Shown here: positions 29,932 to 40,263 of the stretch, one piece after another
Layout of the letters: each line of letters begins with the position of its first letter
Numbering within the stretch: the stretch's first letter is position 1
Source: Microcoleus sp.
GTDB taxonomy: Bacteria > Cyanobacteriota > Cyanobacteriia > Cyanobacteriales > Microcoleaceae
Assembly (NCBI GenBank): GCA_042408215.1
Contig: JAYFMW010000020.1
Location: 64,001 to 128,000, forward strand
DNA: 64,000 nt
Direction: 5' to 3'
Notes under the pieces: model-generated
Seen by the model: only the letters and a program-made list of their open reading frames with translations
Told to the model about the DNA's origin: nothing
Database searches by the model: none
Position numbers and translations under genes: made by a program

Positions 29932-30771
29932 CTATTCGGCAGATTCGATGGATACGGGCGATCGTACAACAGCCGGCAGCGAAATTTTCTCAACCGCAGG
30001 AGTACAGCCCAGCCACTGCACAGACAATTCGGCAAACTGCTGTGGAGGGCCGCTCACACAAAAGCGAGTCGGCAGCGCAGTACCAGCATTCCGCAGCCCC
30101 AAAAGCTCCAACTCTTGAGCAGCAGCAGCCACCACCCGCACAGCAGGATCGATCGACTGCACCCCAACAGGCAAAAGCGATCGCAACACCGGAGCCAATA
30201 GCGGATAATGAGTGCAGCCGTAAATCAGCGTATCAATCCGCTGCTGAATCAAAGGAGCCAAATATTCCCGCGCCACCTCATAAGTGTAAGGATCATAAAT
30301 GCGGTTTTGCTCAATCAGCGGGACAAAAGCCGGACAGCTAACCTGCCAAACCAGGCAAGAATTATCCATTTCCCAAATCGCATTGCGATAAGCATTACTA
30401 GCAGCCGTAGCAGGCGTGGCGATGACTCCGATCCGCTTCCCTTGATGCACCGCAGCCTGGGCCCCCGGCAGAATAACTCCCAGCACCGGAATATCAAACT
30501 CAGCCTGCACCATCTCCATCGCCAAAGCAGAACTGGTGTTGCAGGCCATAATCACCATTTTGACATCCTGTTCCACCAGCCAAGCCATGATTTCGCGGAC
30601 AAACTGCACAATTTCCGCTGCAGAGCGAGTGCCGTAAGGTAGTCTCGCCGTATCTCCAAAATAAAGTATCGATTCCTTAGGCAATTGTCGGTACAACTCC
30701 CTCAAAACAGTCAAACCACCCACACCGCTATCAAAAATACCGATTCTTTGTTGTCCTGAGTCTGTTGTCAT
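29932..30771 (-). CDS. murI: Glutamate racemase
   Basis: IGIFDSGVGGLTV, PYG, MACNTSS, YGCTHYP. Confidence 0.96.
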   Translation of the reverse strand: MTTDSGQQRIGIFDSGVGGLTVLRELYRQLPKESILYFGDTARLPYGTRSAAEIVQFVREIMAWLVEQDVKMVIMACNTSSALAMEMVQAEFDIPVLGVILPGAQAAVHQGKRIGVIATPATAASNAYRNAIWEMDNSCLVWQVSCPAFVPLIEQNRIYDPYTYEVAREYLAPLIQQRIDTLIYGCTHYPLLAPVLRSLLPVGVQSIDPAVRVVAAAAQELELLGLRNAGTALPTRFCVSGPPQQFAELSVQWLGCTPAVEKISLPAVVRSPVSIESAE

Positions 30772-30788
30772 TTGTTAATTGTTTGTTA

Positions 30789-30946
30789 GTTGACTGTTGA
30801 CTGTTCACTGTTCACTGTTCACGGTTGACTGTTGACTGTTGACTGTTCACTGTTGGCTGTTCACTGTTCACTGTTGTCATTAGTTACCGATGCCCAATGC
30901 CCAATGCCCGATGCCCAATGCCCAATGCCCGATGCCCAATGCCCGA
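30789..30946. repeat. Heptamer runs (GTTSACT)n and (TGCCCRA)n
   Basis: Directly visible between amiC and murI. Confidence 0.9.
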
Positions 30947-30949
30947 ATA

Positions 30950-32428
30950 TTACCTTTGCTGAAGGTACAACAAAATGCCACGGGCGATCGAAGCCGCCAT
31001 TTGACTGCGGTAAGCTGGATCGGAAAGCCTCGCAGCATCCTCAGCACCCGTCACAAAACCCACCTCCAGCAAAACAGAAGGCATAGTAGTCTTCCTCAAA
31101 ACGTAAAATCTAGCCTGACGCACCCGGCGGTCATCCGCCCCCGTCCCCTGTAAAATACTGCCGTGAATAGTCCTCGCCAAATCTAGTCCATTATCGAAAT
31201 AATACGTCTCAATCCCGTTCACATCGGGCCTGCTCATATTAATCGCATTAGCGTGAATGCTGACGAACAAAGTAGCATTCAACCGCTGGGCCAGAGAAAC
31301 TCTTGGTTCCAGGTCGATCTCGCTGTCGTCATTTCTACTCATCACTGCTTGGACTCCCTGCTGTTCCAGCAGTCTCGCCACCTGAAACGAGATATCTAAA
31401 ACAATGTCTTTCTCCTGAATCCCCCCAATCCCGACGGCACCAGGATCGCGGCCGCCGTGGCCAGGATCGATGACAACCACTGAGCGGCTGTTAGAAACTT
31501 GGGGCAAATCGCCCCCTCCGGCAGTTCTTCTCGGCAAAGGCACCGGATTGGGAGTTCGATCGAGTGGTGGCGGCACGCTAACAGAGGAGGGTATAGGAGG
31601 GTCTACCGTCAGGCGGCGAGGGGTGGCTGACTGCCTTGCGCCCGCAGGCTGTAGGGAAATACCGCCCAAACTACTCAAAGAAGCCCGCCACTGTGTGTTA
31701 GAACTATTCATCCGCAAAGTCACGCGGATCATGGGCGGATCCGTTGGTAGTTGCCGGACTTCAATCCGTTCAACGCCGTGCTTGCCGTTAGTCTGAGGCT
31801 GTTGACTGAAACGGCCAGGAGCGATAGTCGCCCCTTCAATATCCAGCGTGGCGATGTCAAGAGCCCGACTTTGTTGAAAGTTAATTTGCGGGCGGCCGCC
31901 TGTGGTGCGGATCAAAAAACCGTCTCCCGTCACCTGAACGTTCTGAACTACAGTGGTCTCCACAGAAGGCTCAGATGGTGCTAAAGGCTCAACCGACAAC
32001 CTCTCCGCGTCGGGTTCTGAACTGGGATTGGGATTTTCGGCTCGCACTGGTGTTGGCAAATCCACTGTCCACTCGCTGGGAGAAATACCCCGGAATTTTA
32101 CTTGAGCAGGGTCGATCGTAAACCCGTCTTTCAACTCAACTACAATTCTGGTTGTATCGTCGTCAAACTGCCCTAAACGCACTGATTCGATCGCCCCTGA
32201 GAAGGGCTGATTTACGGACTGACGGTCCAGACTCGTCCCCGGTAAATCGATCACCAACCGCGTCGGGTTGAAGATCAGTTGAGCCTTGGGTTGCACTCCC
32301 CCGTCCGTTCTAATGTACAGCCGGTTCTGTGAAGCATCAAACCGCCAAGATTGCAGTCTCGCTGCTTCGGCGGCTCCGGTGAGCAAAAATACACCGAAGA
32401 AACTGGATAGTAGCCAGTGGAATTTCAC
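30950..32428 (-). CDS. amiC: N-acetylmuramoyl-L-alanine amidase with AMIN domains
   Basis: Signal peptide, AMIN (PTRLVIDLPG), VIDPGHGG, QEKD, FVSIHAN, LLEVGF; amiC-murI synteny. Confidence 0.92.
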   Translation of the reverse strand: MKFHWLLSSFFGVFLLTGAAEAARLQSWRFDASQNRLYIRTDGGVQPKAQLIFNPTRLVIDLPGTSLDRQSVNQPFSGAIESVRLGQFDDDTTRIVVELKDGFTIDPAQVKFRGISPSEWTVDLPTPVRAENPNPSSEPDAERLSVEPLAPSEPSVETTVVQNVQVTGDGFLIRTTGGRPQINFQQSRALDIATLDIEGATIAPGRFSQQPQTNGKHGVERIEVRQLPTDPPMIRVTLRMNSSNTQWRASLSSLGGISLQPAGARQSATPRRLTVDPPIPSSVSVPPPLDRTPNPVPLPRRTAGGGDLPQVSNSRSVVVIDPGHGGRDPGAVGIGGIQEKDIVLDISFQVARLLEQQGVQAVMSRNDDSEIDLEPRVSLAQRLNATLFVSIHANAINMSRPDVNGIETYYFDNGLDLARTIHGSILQGTGADDRRVRQARFYVLRKTTMPSVLLEVGFVTGAEDAARLSDPAYRSQMAASIARGILLYLQQR

Positions 32429-32949
32429 GACAGTTTTTCCTCGTTTGCGTTGCTACCAAAAGCCTCGGTTGGCGGTTTTTTGTGCCCTTCTGCCCTCAGC
32501 AGTTAGCCGAAAGACTAAAGGGCGATCGCCGACCTCAGTTTTTGGCTAAATTGACTTTTTTATACCTCAACAGACTCACAAATGCCAGAATCTGGCGAAT
32601 ATTCGCTCTCTCAAAGGAGCGCCGCCGATCGGCCCAAAGTTGATTGAAAGATTGCCGGTACAAGGGAACATATTTATTTTTGGCTGCAAGAAACCAACTG
32701 TTTCTTGCAGCTCGAAGGTAGAAGTTAGAAGGTAGAATTTTACTGTTATTCAAGGGAGCAGTTTCAGGCATCGGACGAGATCGAGATACTTGACTCAGTG
32801 AAATAGAATACCACCGGCTGGGATCGAGTTTTCAGAACTTTTGACGATCGCTCTTGAGATGATATCGCCTGTAAGCTGATTTTACTGCCAGTGTCTTGCC
32901 ATTGAACAGGGAGAGGAGCCGAGACAGAGAGTGGGAGAATAGCTCGCTG

Positions 32950-33248
32950 AGCTCGCTGAGTTGGGGAGAGGGGGAGAGTGGGGGAGCGGGAGATGGGGAG
33001 ATAGGGAGAGCGGGAAAATATTCCTTGTTCCTTGTTCCTTCTTCCTTGTTCCTTGTTCCTTGTTCCTTCTTCCTTCTTCCTTCTTCCTTCAATCCGTAAC
33101 ACATCCGTTACATCCGTGGAGCGAATCCGTTGCTCTTCTTCCTTCTTCCTTCAATCCGTTACATCCGTTACATCCGTTACATCCGTGGAGCGAATCCGTT
33201 GCTCTTCTTCCTTCTTCCTTCAACATCTGACTACTGACTAATGACTAA
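32950..33248. repeat. Mixed short tandem repeats and a ~60-70 bp direct duplication (TTCCTTCAATCCGT..ACATCCGTGGAGCGAATCCGTTGCTC x2)
   Basis: Directly visible. Confidence 0.8.
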
Positions 33249-34235
33249 TGCCCTGATTGCAAACTTCCGGGCTATCCAGTTCAAAATTTCTTGATTTACT
33301 TGTTCGGGGCATTCATCCTGGGGACAGTGACCCGCATCATCTAGCTCAACTAACTCTACATAATTGGGGTTGCATTCGACAAATTGGTGAGGTCGGGCGA
33401 ACCGAGGGGGAATCATCCGGTCTTGGCGACCCCAAATTAACAGCATCGGAATTGTTAAATTTCGTAACACAGTCTTGACACCGGGACTGAATTGTGAACT
33501 ACCCACAGCTTTAAATAAAGCGCAGAAGGCTCTGGCCGCACCTCGATCGCCCGCCGGGCCGGAGAGAATGTCCACTAATTCGTCGGTAACGGCTTCGGGG
33601 CTGGAGTAGGCAAAAGCAGCCCAACGGCGGACAAAAGAGGGTTTGCGGACAAGGTAGAACAGAGGCCTCAGTATTAGGGGCGAAACAAAGATGCTTTCAA
33701 CAGCTTCGATCGCGGGTAACAGCCACCCCGGCACCGCCTCGGCTCGCACAGAGGGGTCTGGGAGGCTAATCATGACTATACCTGCTACCATGTCCGGGTG
33801 AGCGGCGGCGGCGGCCAGACAAATCAGGGAGCCGATCGAGTTTCCAGCCAAAACCACAGGCTTTCTGATAAAAGTCAGCCAAAAGTCATAAACTTGAGCG
33901 ACCCACACAGACACATCGTAGTTAAGCGGAGCTTTTTGGGAAGCTCCAAAGCCCAACAAATCCAGCGCGTAAACAGTGTGGAACTCGGCGAGGACAGGGA
34001 GATTTTGTCGCCAATGGCCGATCGAAGCCCCAAACCCGTGCAGTAAAATTATCGGCGTTGTCGGTTGTGGAGAGTCAATTTCTTGGGTGGCGGAATCCTC
34101 AATTGCGATCGAGCCTTGATTGTGTGGCTCTTGGGAACCAGAGGGACGCAAATAAGTGTAGCGAGTTTGCCAACCCCGCCAAACCCAGTCTCGTTGAGTA
34201 CCAATCCGTTGATGCCAGTGAAGAGAATTTGTCAA
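33231..34235 (-). CDS. Alpha/beta fold hydrolase
   Basis: LLHGFGAS, DLLGFG, GNSIG nucleophile elbow, WGRQD, AGHCPQDE. Confidence 0.9.
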   Translation of the reverse strand: MTNSLHWHQRIGTQRDWVWRGWQTRYTYLRPSGSQEPHNQGSIAIEDSATQEIDSPQPTTPIILLHGFGASIGHWRQNLPVLAEFHTVYALDLLGFGASQKAPLNYDVSVWVAQVYDFWLTFIRKPVVLAGNSIGSLICLAAAAAHPDMVAGIVMISLPDPSVRAEAVPGWLLPAIEAVESIFVSPLILRPLFYLVRKPSFVRRWAAFAYSSPEAVTDELVDILSGPAGDRGAARAFCALFKAVGSSQFSPGVKTVLRNLTIPMLLIWGRQDRMIPPRFARPHQFVECNPNYVELVELDDAGHCPQDECPEQVNQEILNWIARKFAIRALVISQ

Positions 34236-34482
34236 TTTTGTCTACTCTCGCAACATAAATTTACAATCAACAATACTCATTGTACATGGCAGTAAAATAA
34301 AACTAAGCAGAAACTGAGCCTGACTAAATGCTTTTGCATAGTAAGCGAATTCTTGTAAAGTCGGGGAATATAGGGGTAGAAATTGGTACTATGTAATAGG
34401 ATAGGCTACCGTTTAAACCCACCGCGGTCGCATCGAACTTCTCAAAAAGTTTCTTCGTCAAGCGTAACGGCTGTGCCCCCAA

Positions 34483-34575
34483 CACTTCGACACTTCGACT
34501 ACGCGAGCGTGCGATGGTTGGTGAGCGTAGTCGAACACTTCGACTACGCGAGCGTGCGACGCCGCGCTTCGCTCT
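34483..34575. repeat. ACACTTCGACTACGCGAGCGTGC repeat (2 copies; third copy at about 54095)
   Basis: Identical 20+ bp motif at three loci. Confidence 0.75.
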
Positions 34576-34770
34576 GTTACCGTCTTACGCGCTTTCAATA
34601 TTTTGTTGAAAGCTTTGAGAGATACCTCCCTATCGGTCAAGCTAAAAGCGATGCCCGATCTGCCATACACAGTAAATTTGGGTAAATTCCTAGATTTGCC
34701 CCTTTAAATGTATCTGAGTAGAATGGCAAGTATAATGTTAACCCCTAGCCTGCTTCGTAACATCCTTTAA

Positions 34771-34805
34771 GAATCCCCGCGCGTTCACGCCGAGGAGTAC
34801 GTCAA
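34771..34805 (+). mobile_element. Solo IS200/IS605-type right end (guide-hairpin-cleavage site)
   Basis: GAAT-CCCCGCGCGTTCACGCCGAGGAG-TACG-TCAA. GAAT/TCAA is the IS608 right-end pair. Confidence 0.6.
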
Positions 34806-34830
34806 TAAACTACTGCTTACACAACAATTC

Positions 34831-35367
34831 ATGCCTGTGATTGAAAGAAGACAAAATCGTAACCTCCCCCAGATTAATGAAAATATTCGATACCCCAAAA
34901 TCCGGGTCATCGATACCGACGGCGCACAACTGGGGATATTGACACCATCAGAAGCACTGCGCCTCGCTGAGGAAAAAGAACTAGACTTGGTACTTGTCAG
35001 CGACAAAGCTGACCCGCCCGTATGTCGGGTGATGGACTACGGGAAGTATAAATTCGAGCAAGAGAAAAAAGCGCGAGAAGCAAAGCGGAAGCAGCACACT
35101 GCTGACGTGAAGGAAGTGAAGATGCGCTACAAAATTGAAGAACACGACTATCAAGTGCGCCTCAAACTAGCAGACCGCTTTATCAAGTCTGGGGACAAAG
35201 TAAAAGCTACGATCATGTTCAGAGGTCGGGAAATCCAACACAGCAACCTAGCAGAGGACTTGCTCAAGCGCATGGCCACGGATTTGCAGGAAATAGCAGA
35301 AGTGCAGCAAGCTCCGAAAAAAGAGGGACGGAGTATGATGATGCTGCTGTCGCCGAAGAAAGTATAG
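34831..35367 (+). CDS. infC: Translation initiation factor IF-3
   Basis: INENIR..IRVI, LDLVLVS...[31 protein letters not shown]. Confidence 0.97.
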   Translation: MPVIERRQNRNLPQINENIRYPKIRVIDTDGAQLGILTPSEALRLAEEKELDLVLVSDKADPPVCRVMDYGKYKFEQEKKAREAKRKQHTADVKEVKMRYKIEEHDYQVRLKLADRFIKSGDKVKATIMFRGREIQHSNLAEDLLKRMATDLQEIAEVQQAPKKEGRSMMMLLSPKKV

Positions 35368-35766
35368 ATCGATAGTCATTGGCGATCGGTCATCAGTAAT
35401 TAGTCATACACTGGTGACTGATGGCTGATGGCTTCCGCACGGAAGTGGCGTTAAAAGCAATCAAGCGCCACCTCCCAGAGGCTAGGCTTAATCTTAAAAG
35501 CCTAGAACAGTAATGCTTTAGGTGTGCAATCAAACTAGAACGGTGTTTAGTTACTACCACGAAAGATTGTACGAGGCTTGGGTAAACTGCCTAAAAATTC
35601 CTACCTGACTACGCTCTATTTGGCCGTGGCTCGTCCCACAAACTGAAGGAAGCGACTACAGAGGAGTTGAAAAAGTGAACTTTAGGTGGAATGTTGTGAT
35701 TTATTCCAATTCACTCCGACTATAGGTTACTCAGGAATAAGCTACCACACAGGAAATCAACGCTGC

Positions 35767-38700
35767 ATGGAAAATTTTCAAATCAGCGGTTCAGCGGGAG
35801 TAAGACAAGGGATGCTCCGATCGCTCAACCTGCGATCGGAAGAAGTAGAACGAACCGTACTGATGTTCCTCGTCTACACTCTAACCTCCGTAGGGCTGAT
35901 CTGGCTGGAGCTCAGCACAGTAGGTCTGTTTCTAGACGAATACGGTGCCGAAAAAATGCCCTGGATTTACATCGCCAGCGCCTTCATCGGTTCCGGTTTA
36001 GGCTTTGTCTACTCCTGGCTGCAAAAAATCCTGCCATTGCGGCGCGTCATCGTCGTTGTTCTGGCCATGATGTCGGTACCGCTATTCCTGTTTCGATTCG
36101 GCATCGGCTACGAGGATACCAAGATAGCTGGCATCAGCATCGCCTTCATTACGATATTCATGATGTGGCTGTGGGTGGAAGCTTGCTATGTGCTCAATGA
36201 CCTCAACACTTCCATCACTTCCAACCAACTTTTCAACATCAGAGAAATCAAGCGCACCTATCCCCTAGTCAGCAGCGGCTATTTGGTGGCTGGAGTAGTC
36301 AGCGGATTTTCTCTGCCGATATTGCTACACGTAGTCGGACTCAAAAACGTGACCCTGATATCGGGGTTAATGGTTGCTACAGGCTCGGTATTGCTGTACT
36401 ACCTCACGGAAAAATACCGCCAAGCATTCCCGGAAACAGCCCACTGGACTGATGATGAGGATGACGACAATCAAGAATTTACCGCCCGCAAAGTTACAGG
36501 CCCGCTGCAAAAATACGCCGTACCTCTAGTCAGCTTCTTCGTCCTCGCAGAAGTCCTCTACGTCCTAATAGATTTCCAATTCTACAGCCAGCTAGAATAC
36601 CAAAACGCGGGGGAGGGAGTGAGCGTAGCTAGTAAGATTGCTAGCTTTCTGGGCATTTACGAAGGCATTCAAGGCTTGTTTCAAGTTGGTACTCAGTGGT
36701 TCGCCTCCAGCCGCTTGGTAGAAAGAATCGGAGTATTTGTGACAGCGATGATTCTGCCGGCGGGGATAGCGATACTCGGAGTGCTGACGCTGGGATCGTC
36801 TCTGGGCCAGTTAGTACCAGTTTTCATCGGACTGGTATTTCTGAGATTTTTAGACGAACTGCTGCACTACACGCTGTTGGAAACTGTGAGCCCGGTTTTG
36901 TTCCAACCTATCCCGGACAATATTCGATCGGGAATCCAAACACTCGTTAACGGTGTGGGGGAACCTTTGTCCTGCGGAGTGACAGGAGTCGGTATCCTGA
37001 TTCTGCTGTGGGTGACAAACTACATACTCCCTCATGAAAGCGAAAGTCAATTTCATGACCAGCAAAGCTTGGTATTCATCGGCATCATCGTTCTGTTGTC
37101 GCTGGTGTGGCTGTTCGTGGTCTGGCTGATCAGATCGCAATACGTGGGTTTGTTGGTCAAAAGTGCCGAACGCGGCCGCTTGGGTGTCAGTGATGTAGAC
37201 CTGAAGGCCTTGAAACGGGCGGTAGTCGAAACTCTGGAACAGCCGGGAGGGGAAGATGATAAGCGCTCTTGTATAGAATTGCTGACCCAAATTGACCCCA
37301 AAAATGTGGGAGAAGTTTTGGCTCCCATCCTGGAAGGGTTGCCCCCAGCCTTGCAGCGCCAAAGCCTGGAAACTATGCTCCAACACCCGAACCCTGCTTA
37401 TTTGGCAACTGTTCGTAAGCTGAGCGAGCAATCCCTGCCCCCTGAAGTGCTGGCTTTGGCCCTGCGCTATATCTGGCTGACAGATTCAGAACCGGCGGTA
37501 GACAATCTGCGGCCTTATTTGCAGCCGACTGTAGACCCGGTAGTGCGTGGCACGGCGGCTGCTTTAATTATGAGAAGGGGCGATCGCCTGCAAAAGGCAG
37601 AAGCTACTAACACCCTGCGACAAATGCTGACCCACAAGCAAGAGCGGGAACGAGTCATGGGTACGCGGGCTCTGGGAGAGGCTGACTACCTCCAAGGACT
37701 GCGGCTGCATATACCCAATCTGTTGCAAGATGAGTCTCTGCGTGTGCGGTGCGCTCTGTTGGACGTGATTTCTTCTACTCATTCGGAAGAATATTACCCT
37801 TCCCTGGTGCGCGGACTTGGTTACAAATCGACGAGAGAATCTGCTTTGGGGGCGATCGTCAAACTTCACAACGACGCGATTCCCCTGCTCGTCCACTTAG
37901 CAGAGGATATCCACAAATCGGATTTAGTCAGGTTGCAGGCCTGGATAGCTTTGGGTCAAATCGGTACTGTAGAGGCGATCGACATTCTGGTAGGTAATTT
38001 AATCACTGCTTGGGGAACTACCAGGCGCAATATCCTCCGCATCCTCTTGAAAATGCCCTCAGAAGTGGGCATAGAAGGCGTTCTAGACCGTATTGGTCGC
38101 AGCGGGGTCGAAACTCTCATCGAACAGGAGTTAATGTTTATCGGTCAAATTTACGCAGGTATGGTGGATTTGTCTCCGGTAACAACCTACGGCAATTTTC
38201 AAGCGGTCGATTCAATCAGCCCTGGGGAACCTGCTTCGGATACGGCTCAATTGTTACAGCGGGCACTGGCGGGGTTAGAATCTGACGCTACAGATCGGTG
38301 TTTCTTGCTGATGAAGTTTCTTTACCCGCTGGACACTGTGCAAGCGGCGGCTTTTAATATCGCTTCGGGTCAACCTTCTTTGGTTGCTAGGGGATTGGAA
38401 ATTTTAGACAATACTGTTGATATCGCGAGTAAGCGATCGCTCATCAACCTATTGGATCAGCACTCGGAAAGAGAAAAACTGAGTAACCTCTCGGAATTGA
38501 TGGTGTACAAACCTCTAGCCCCTAGCGATCGTTTGCGCCGTTTGCTAGAATTGCGCCACTTCCTGTCAGATTGGGCATTGGCGTGCTGCTTTCATCTGGC
38601 TAGGGAAGCCCGCTGGAGTCTCACGGCTCAACAAACTCTCGTCTGTCTGCGACACCCGATGGGTTTTGTCCGCGAAGCAGTGTTAGCCTATTTGAAAATA

Positions 38701-38817
38701 GCCTCGCCTCGGGCTTTGGTCGAATTGCTGCCCAGGTTGCAAAATGACCCGGATCACTTGGTATCAGCTCAAGTTGAACAGATGATGGCAGAGTTGGGTA
38801 CTGGGGGAAGAAGGTAA
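35767..38817 (+). CDS. MFS/NTT-like membrane transporter fused to HEAT repeats
   Basis: About 12 TM segments (FNIREIKRTYP), followed by helical repeats (DPVVRGTAA, DESLRVR, VREAVL). Confidence 0.8.
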   Translation: MENFQISGSAGVRQGMLRSLNLRSEEVERTVLMFLVYTLTSVGLIWLELSTVGLFLDEYGAEKMPWIYIASAFIGSGLGFVYSWLQKILPLRRVIVVVLAMMSVPLFLFRFGIGYEDTKIAGISIAFITIFMMWLWVEACYVLNDLNTSITSNQLFNIREIKRTYPLVSSGYLVAGVVSGFSLPILLHVVGLKNVTLISGLMVATGSVLLYYLTEKYRQAFPETAHWTDDEDDDNQEFTARKVTGPLQKYAVPLVSFFVLAEVLYVLIDFQFYSQLEYQNAGEGVSVASKIASFLGIYEGIQGLFQVGTQWFASSRLVERIGVFVTAMILPAGIAILGVLTLGSSLGQLVPVFIGLVFLRFLDELLHYTLLETVSPVLFQPIPDNIRSGIQTLVNGVGEPLSCGVTGVGILILLWVTNYILPHESESQFHDQQSLVFIGIIVLLSLVWLFVVWLIRSQYVGLLVKSAERGRLGVSDVDLKALKRAVVETLEQPGGEDDKRSCIELLTQIDPKNVGEVLAPILEGLPPALQRQSLETMLQHPNPAYLATVRKLSEQSLPPEVLALALRYIWLTDSEPAVDNLRPYLQPTVDPVVRGTAAALIMRRGDRLQKAEATNTLRQMLTHKQERERVMGTRALGEADYLQGLRLHIPNLLQDESLRVRCALLDVISSTHSEEYYPSLVRGLGYKSTRESALGAIVKLHNDAIPLLVHLAEDIHKSDLVRLQAWIALGQIGTVEAIDILVGNLITAWGTTRRNILRILLKMPSEVGIEGVLDRIGRSGVETLIEQELMFIGQIYAGMVDLSPVTTYGNFQAVDSISPGEPASDTAQLLQRALAGLESDATDRCFLLMKFLYPLDTVQAAAFNIASGQPSLVARGLEILDNTVDIASKRSLINLLDQHSEREKLSNLSELMVYKPLAPSDRLRRLLELRHFLSDWALACCFHLAREARWSLTAQQTLVCLRHPMGFVREAVLAYLKIASPRALVELLPRLQNDPDHLVSAQVEQMMAELGTGGRR

Positions 38818-38990
38818 TATTAGTCATTAGTCATTAGTCATTAGTCATTAGTCATTAGTTAGTTGTTAATTGTTAGTTGGCAGTTGTTAGTTGGCAGTTG
38901 TTAGTTGTCAGTTGTTAGTTGTCAGTCAACAGTTAACAGTTAACGGTCAACAGTTAACAGTCACACAGTCAACAGTCAACAGTCAACAGT
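38818..38990. repeat. Heptamer runs (TTAGTCA)n, (GTTAGTT/GKCAGTT)n, (CAACAGT)n
   Basis: Directly visible; partly self-complementary. Confidence 0.9.
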
Positions 38991-39047
38991 TTCTATTCCC
39001 CTTCCCCTTCCCATTTTTCAGTTTAAATTAATCACTGCACGCTTATT

Positions 39048-39524
39048 ATGTTAACCAGCGTCGAACGCCTATTATTTGTCAGGGCGGTTCCGATTTTTAA
39101 GGAACTGCGGGATGATTTTCTCGTGCGTCTAGCATCGGTAATGGATGAACTTTCGTTTCCTTCTAAACATACAATTTTTACGGAAGGACAGGAAGGTCGA
39201 TCGCTCTATATTTTGGTATCGGGAACGGTGCGGGTTCATATTGGCGATCGGGATTTGGCGCAGTTGAAAGCGGGTGCTTGTTTTGGCGAAATGTCGCTGT
39301 TTGATGCGGAACCTCGCTCGGCTTCTATTACTACTCTTGAACAATGCGAGTGTTTGATGCTGACTCAAATGCAACTCTACGATGCTATTGATGAAACACC
39401 GGGAATTGCTGTTAATATTATTCGCTTGCTGTCACGGCGCATTCGCGAATTAAATCAAAAGTTGAATGCTAAAGAAGCGGTTCAGTTGCTGCCAGATGCT
39501 GCTAAAGTTGTTGAAATGCGATGA
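39048..39524 (+). CDS. Stand-alone cyclic nucleotide-binding domain protein
   Basis: IFTEGQEGRSLYILVSGTVRV, FGEMSLFDAEPRSAS phosphate-binding cassette; no HTH. Confidence 0.9.
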   Translation: MLTSVERLLFVRAVPIFKELRDDFLVRLASVMDELSFPSKHTIFTEGQEGRSLYILVSGTVRVHIGDRDLAQLKAGACFGEMSLFDAEPRSASITTLEQCECLMLTQMQLYDAIDETPGIAVNIIRLLSRRIRELNQKLNAKEAVQLLPDAAKVVEMR

Positions 39525-39584
39525 AAAGTGGGAATGGGGCATTGGGCATTGGGCATTGGGCCTTGGGCCTTGTGTCTCAAGAGA

Positions 39585-39657
39585 TAGGAACTTACGCACA
39601 ACTTTTAAATGTAAGGTCGCAGTGCTCACCTTACTACTATTGGTTTCGTAAGTCCTA
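39585..39657. repeat. Mini-element bounded by TAGGAACTTACG...CGTAAGTCCTA inverted ends
   Basis: Inverted termini enclose an internal GTAAGGT..ACCTTAC palindrome. Confidence 0.7.
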
Positions 39658-39665
39658 AAACAATG

Positions 39666-39700
39666 AAAAACCCGGTTTATTATTGAATAAACCGGGTTTT
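39666..39700. terminator. Bidirectional terminator-like hairpin / repeat
   Basis: AAAACCCGGTTTATT..AATAAACCGGGTTTT between convergent genes. Confidence 0.6.
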
Positions 39701-39730
39701 GGAAATCGATGATGAAGAGCGATTTACTGT

Positions 39731-40075
39731 CTAGAACAGGCGGAAAATAAAAGGGTAGCGGTAAGGTTGGTTGGGTTCTTTTAAAATGTGGAGAATCGCA
39801 AAAATTGTCAGTCCCCAATGTAGCAGATAACCTATTGGTGCTAGGATAAAGCCAGCCAAGCCGAAAGTCACGACAGTTAAGACTAGAATAATGGTGCTGT
39901 ACAGCCAGACATTAAAGTGAAAATTGATGGCTTCTGTGGCATTATCTTTGACAACGGGGTCATCGGATACTAATAATACGGCGATCGGCACGCCGATGGA
40001 CAACCCTAATGTACTCAAAAAAATAGCCCCGTGGCACAGGAGTGATAGCAGCTTCCGCTTGTCTGAGTCGTACAT
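39731..40075 (-). CDS. DUF4870-like small membrane protein
   Basis: LLSLLCHG, VKDNATEAINFH, PYRYPFIFRL. Confidence 0.8.
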   Translation of the reverse strand: MYDSDKRKLLSLLCHGAIFLSTLGLSIGVPIAVLLVSDDPVVKDNATEAINFHFNVWLYSTIILVLTVVTFGLAGFILAPIGYLLHWGLTIFAILHILKEPNQPYRYPFIFRLF

Positions 40076-40263
40076 ATTACTTTTCTCTTGACTTTATGAT
40101 AACTTTACCTTTAATAACTAATTTAGCACAGGCTATAATGGCGATCGGGTGATGATTCCCCTACCTGATTTGCGATCGCCTCGATCAATTTGGTCACAAC
40201 CCCCGGACTGAGCCGTGGGAACAATCTAAAATCTAAAATCTAAAATCTAAAATCTAAAATCGG

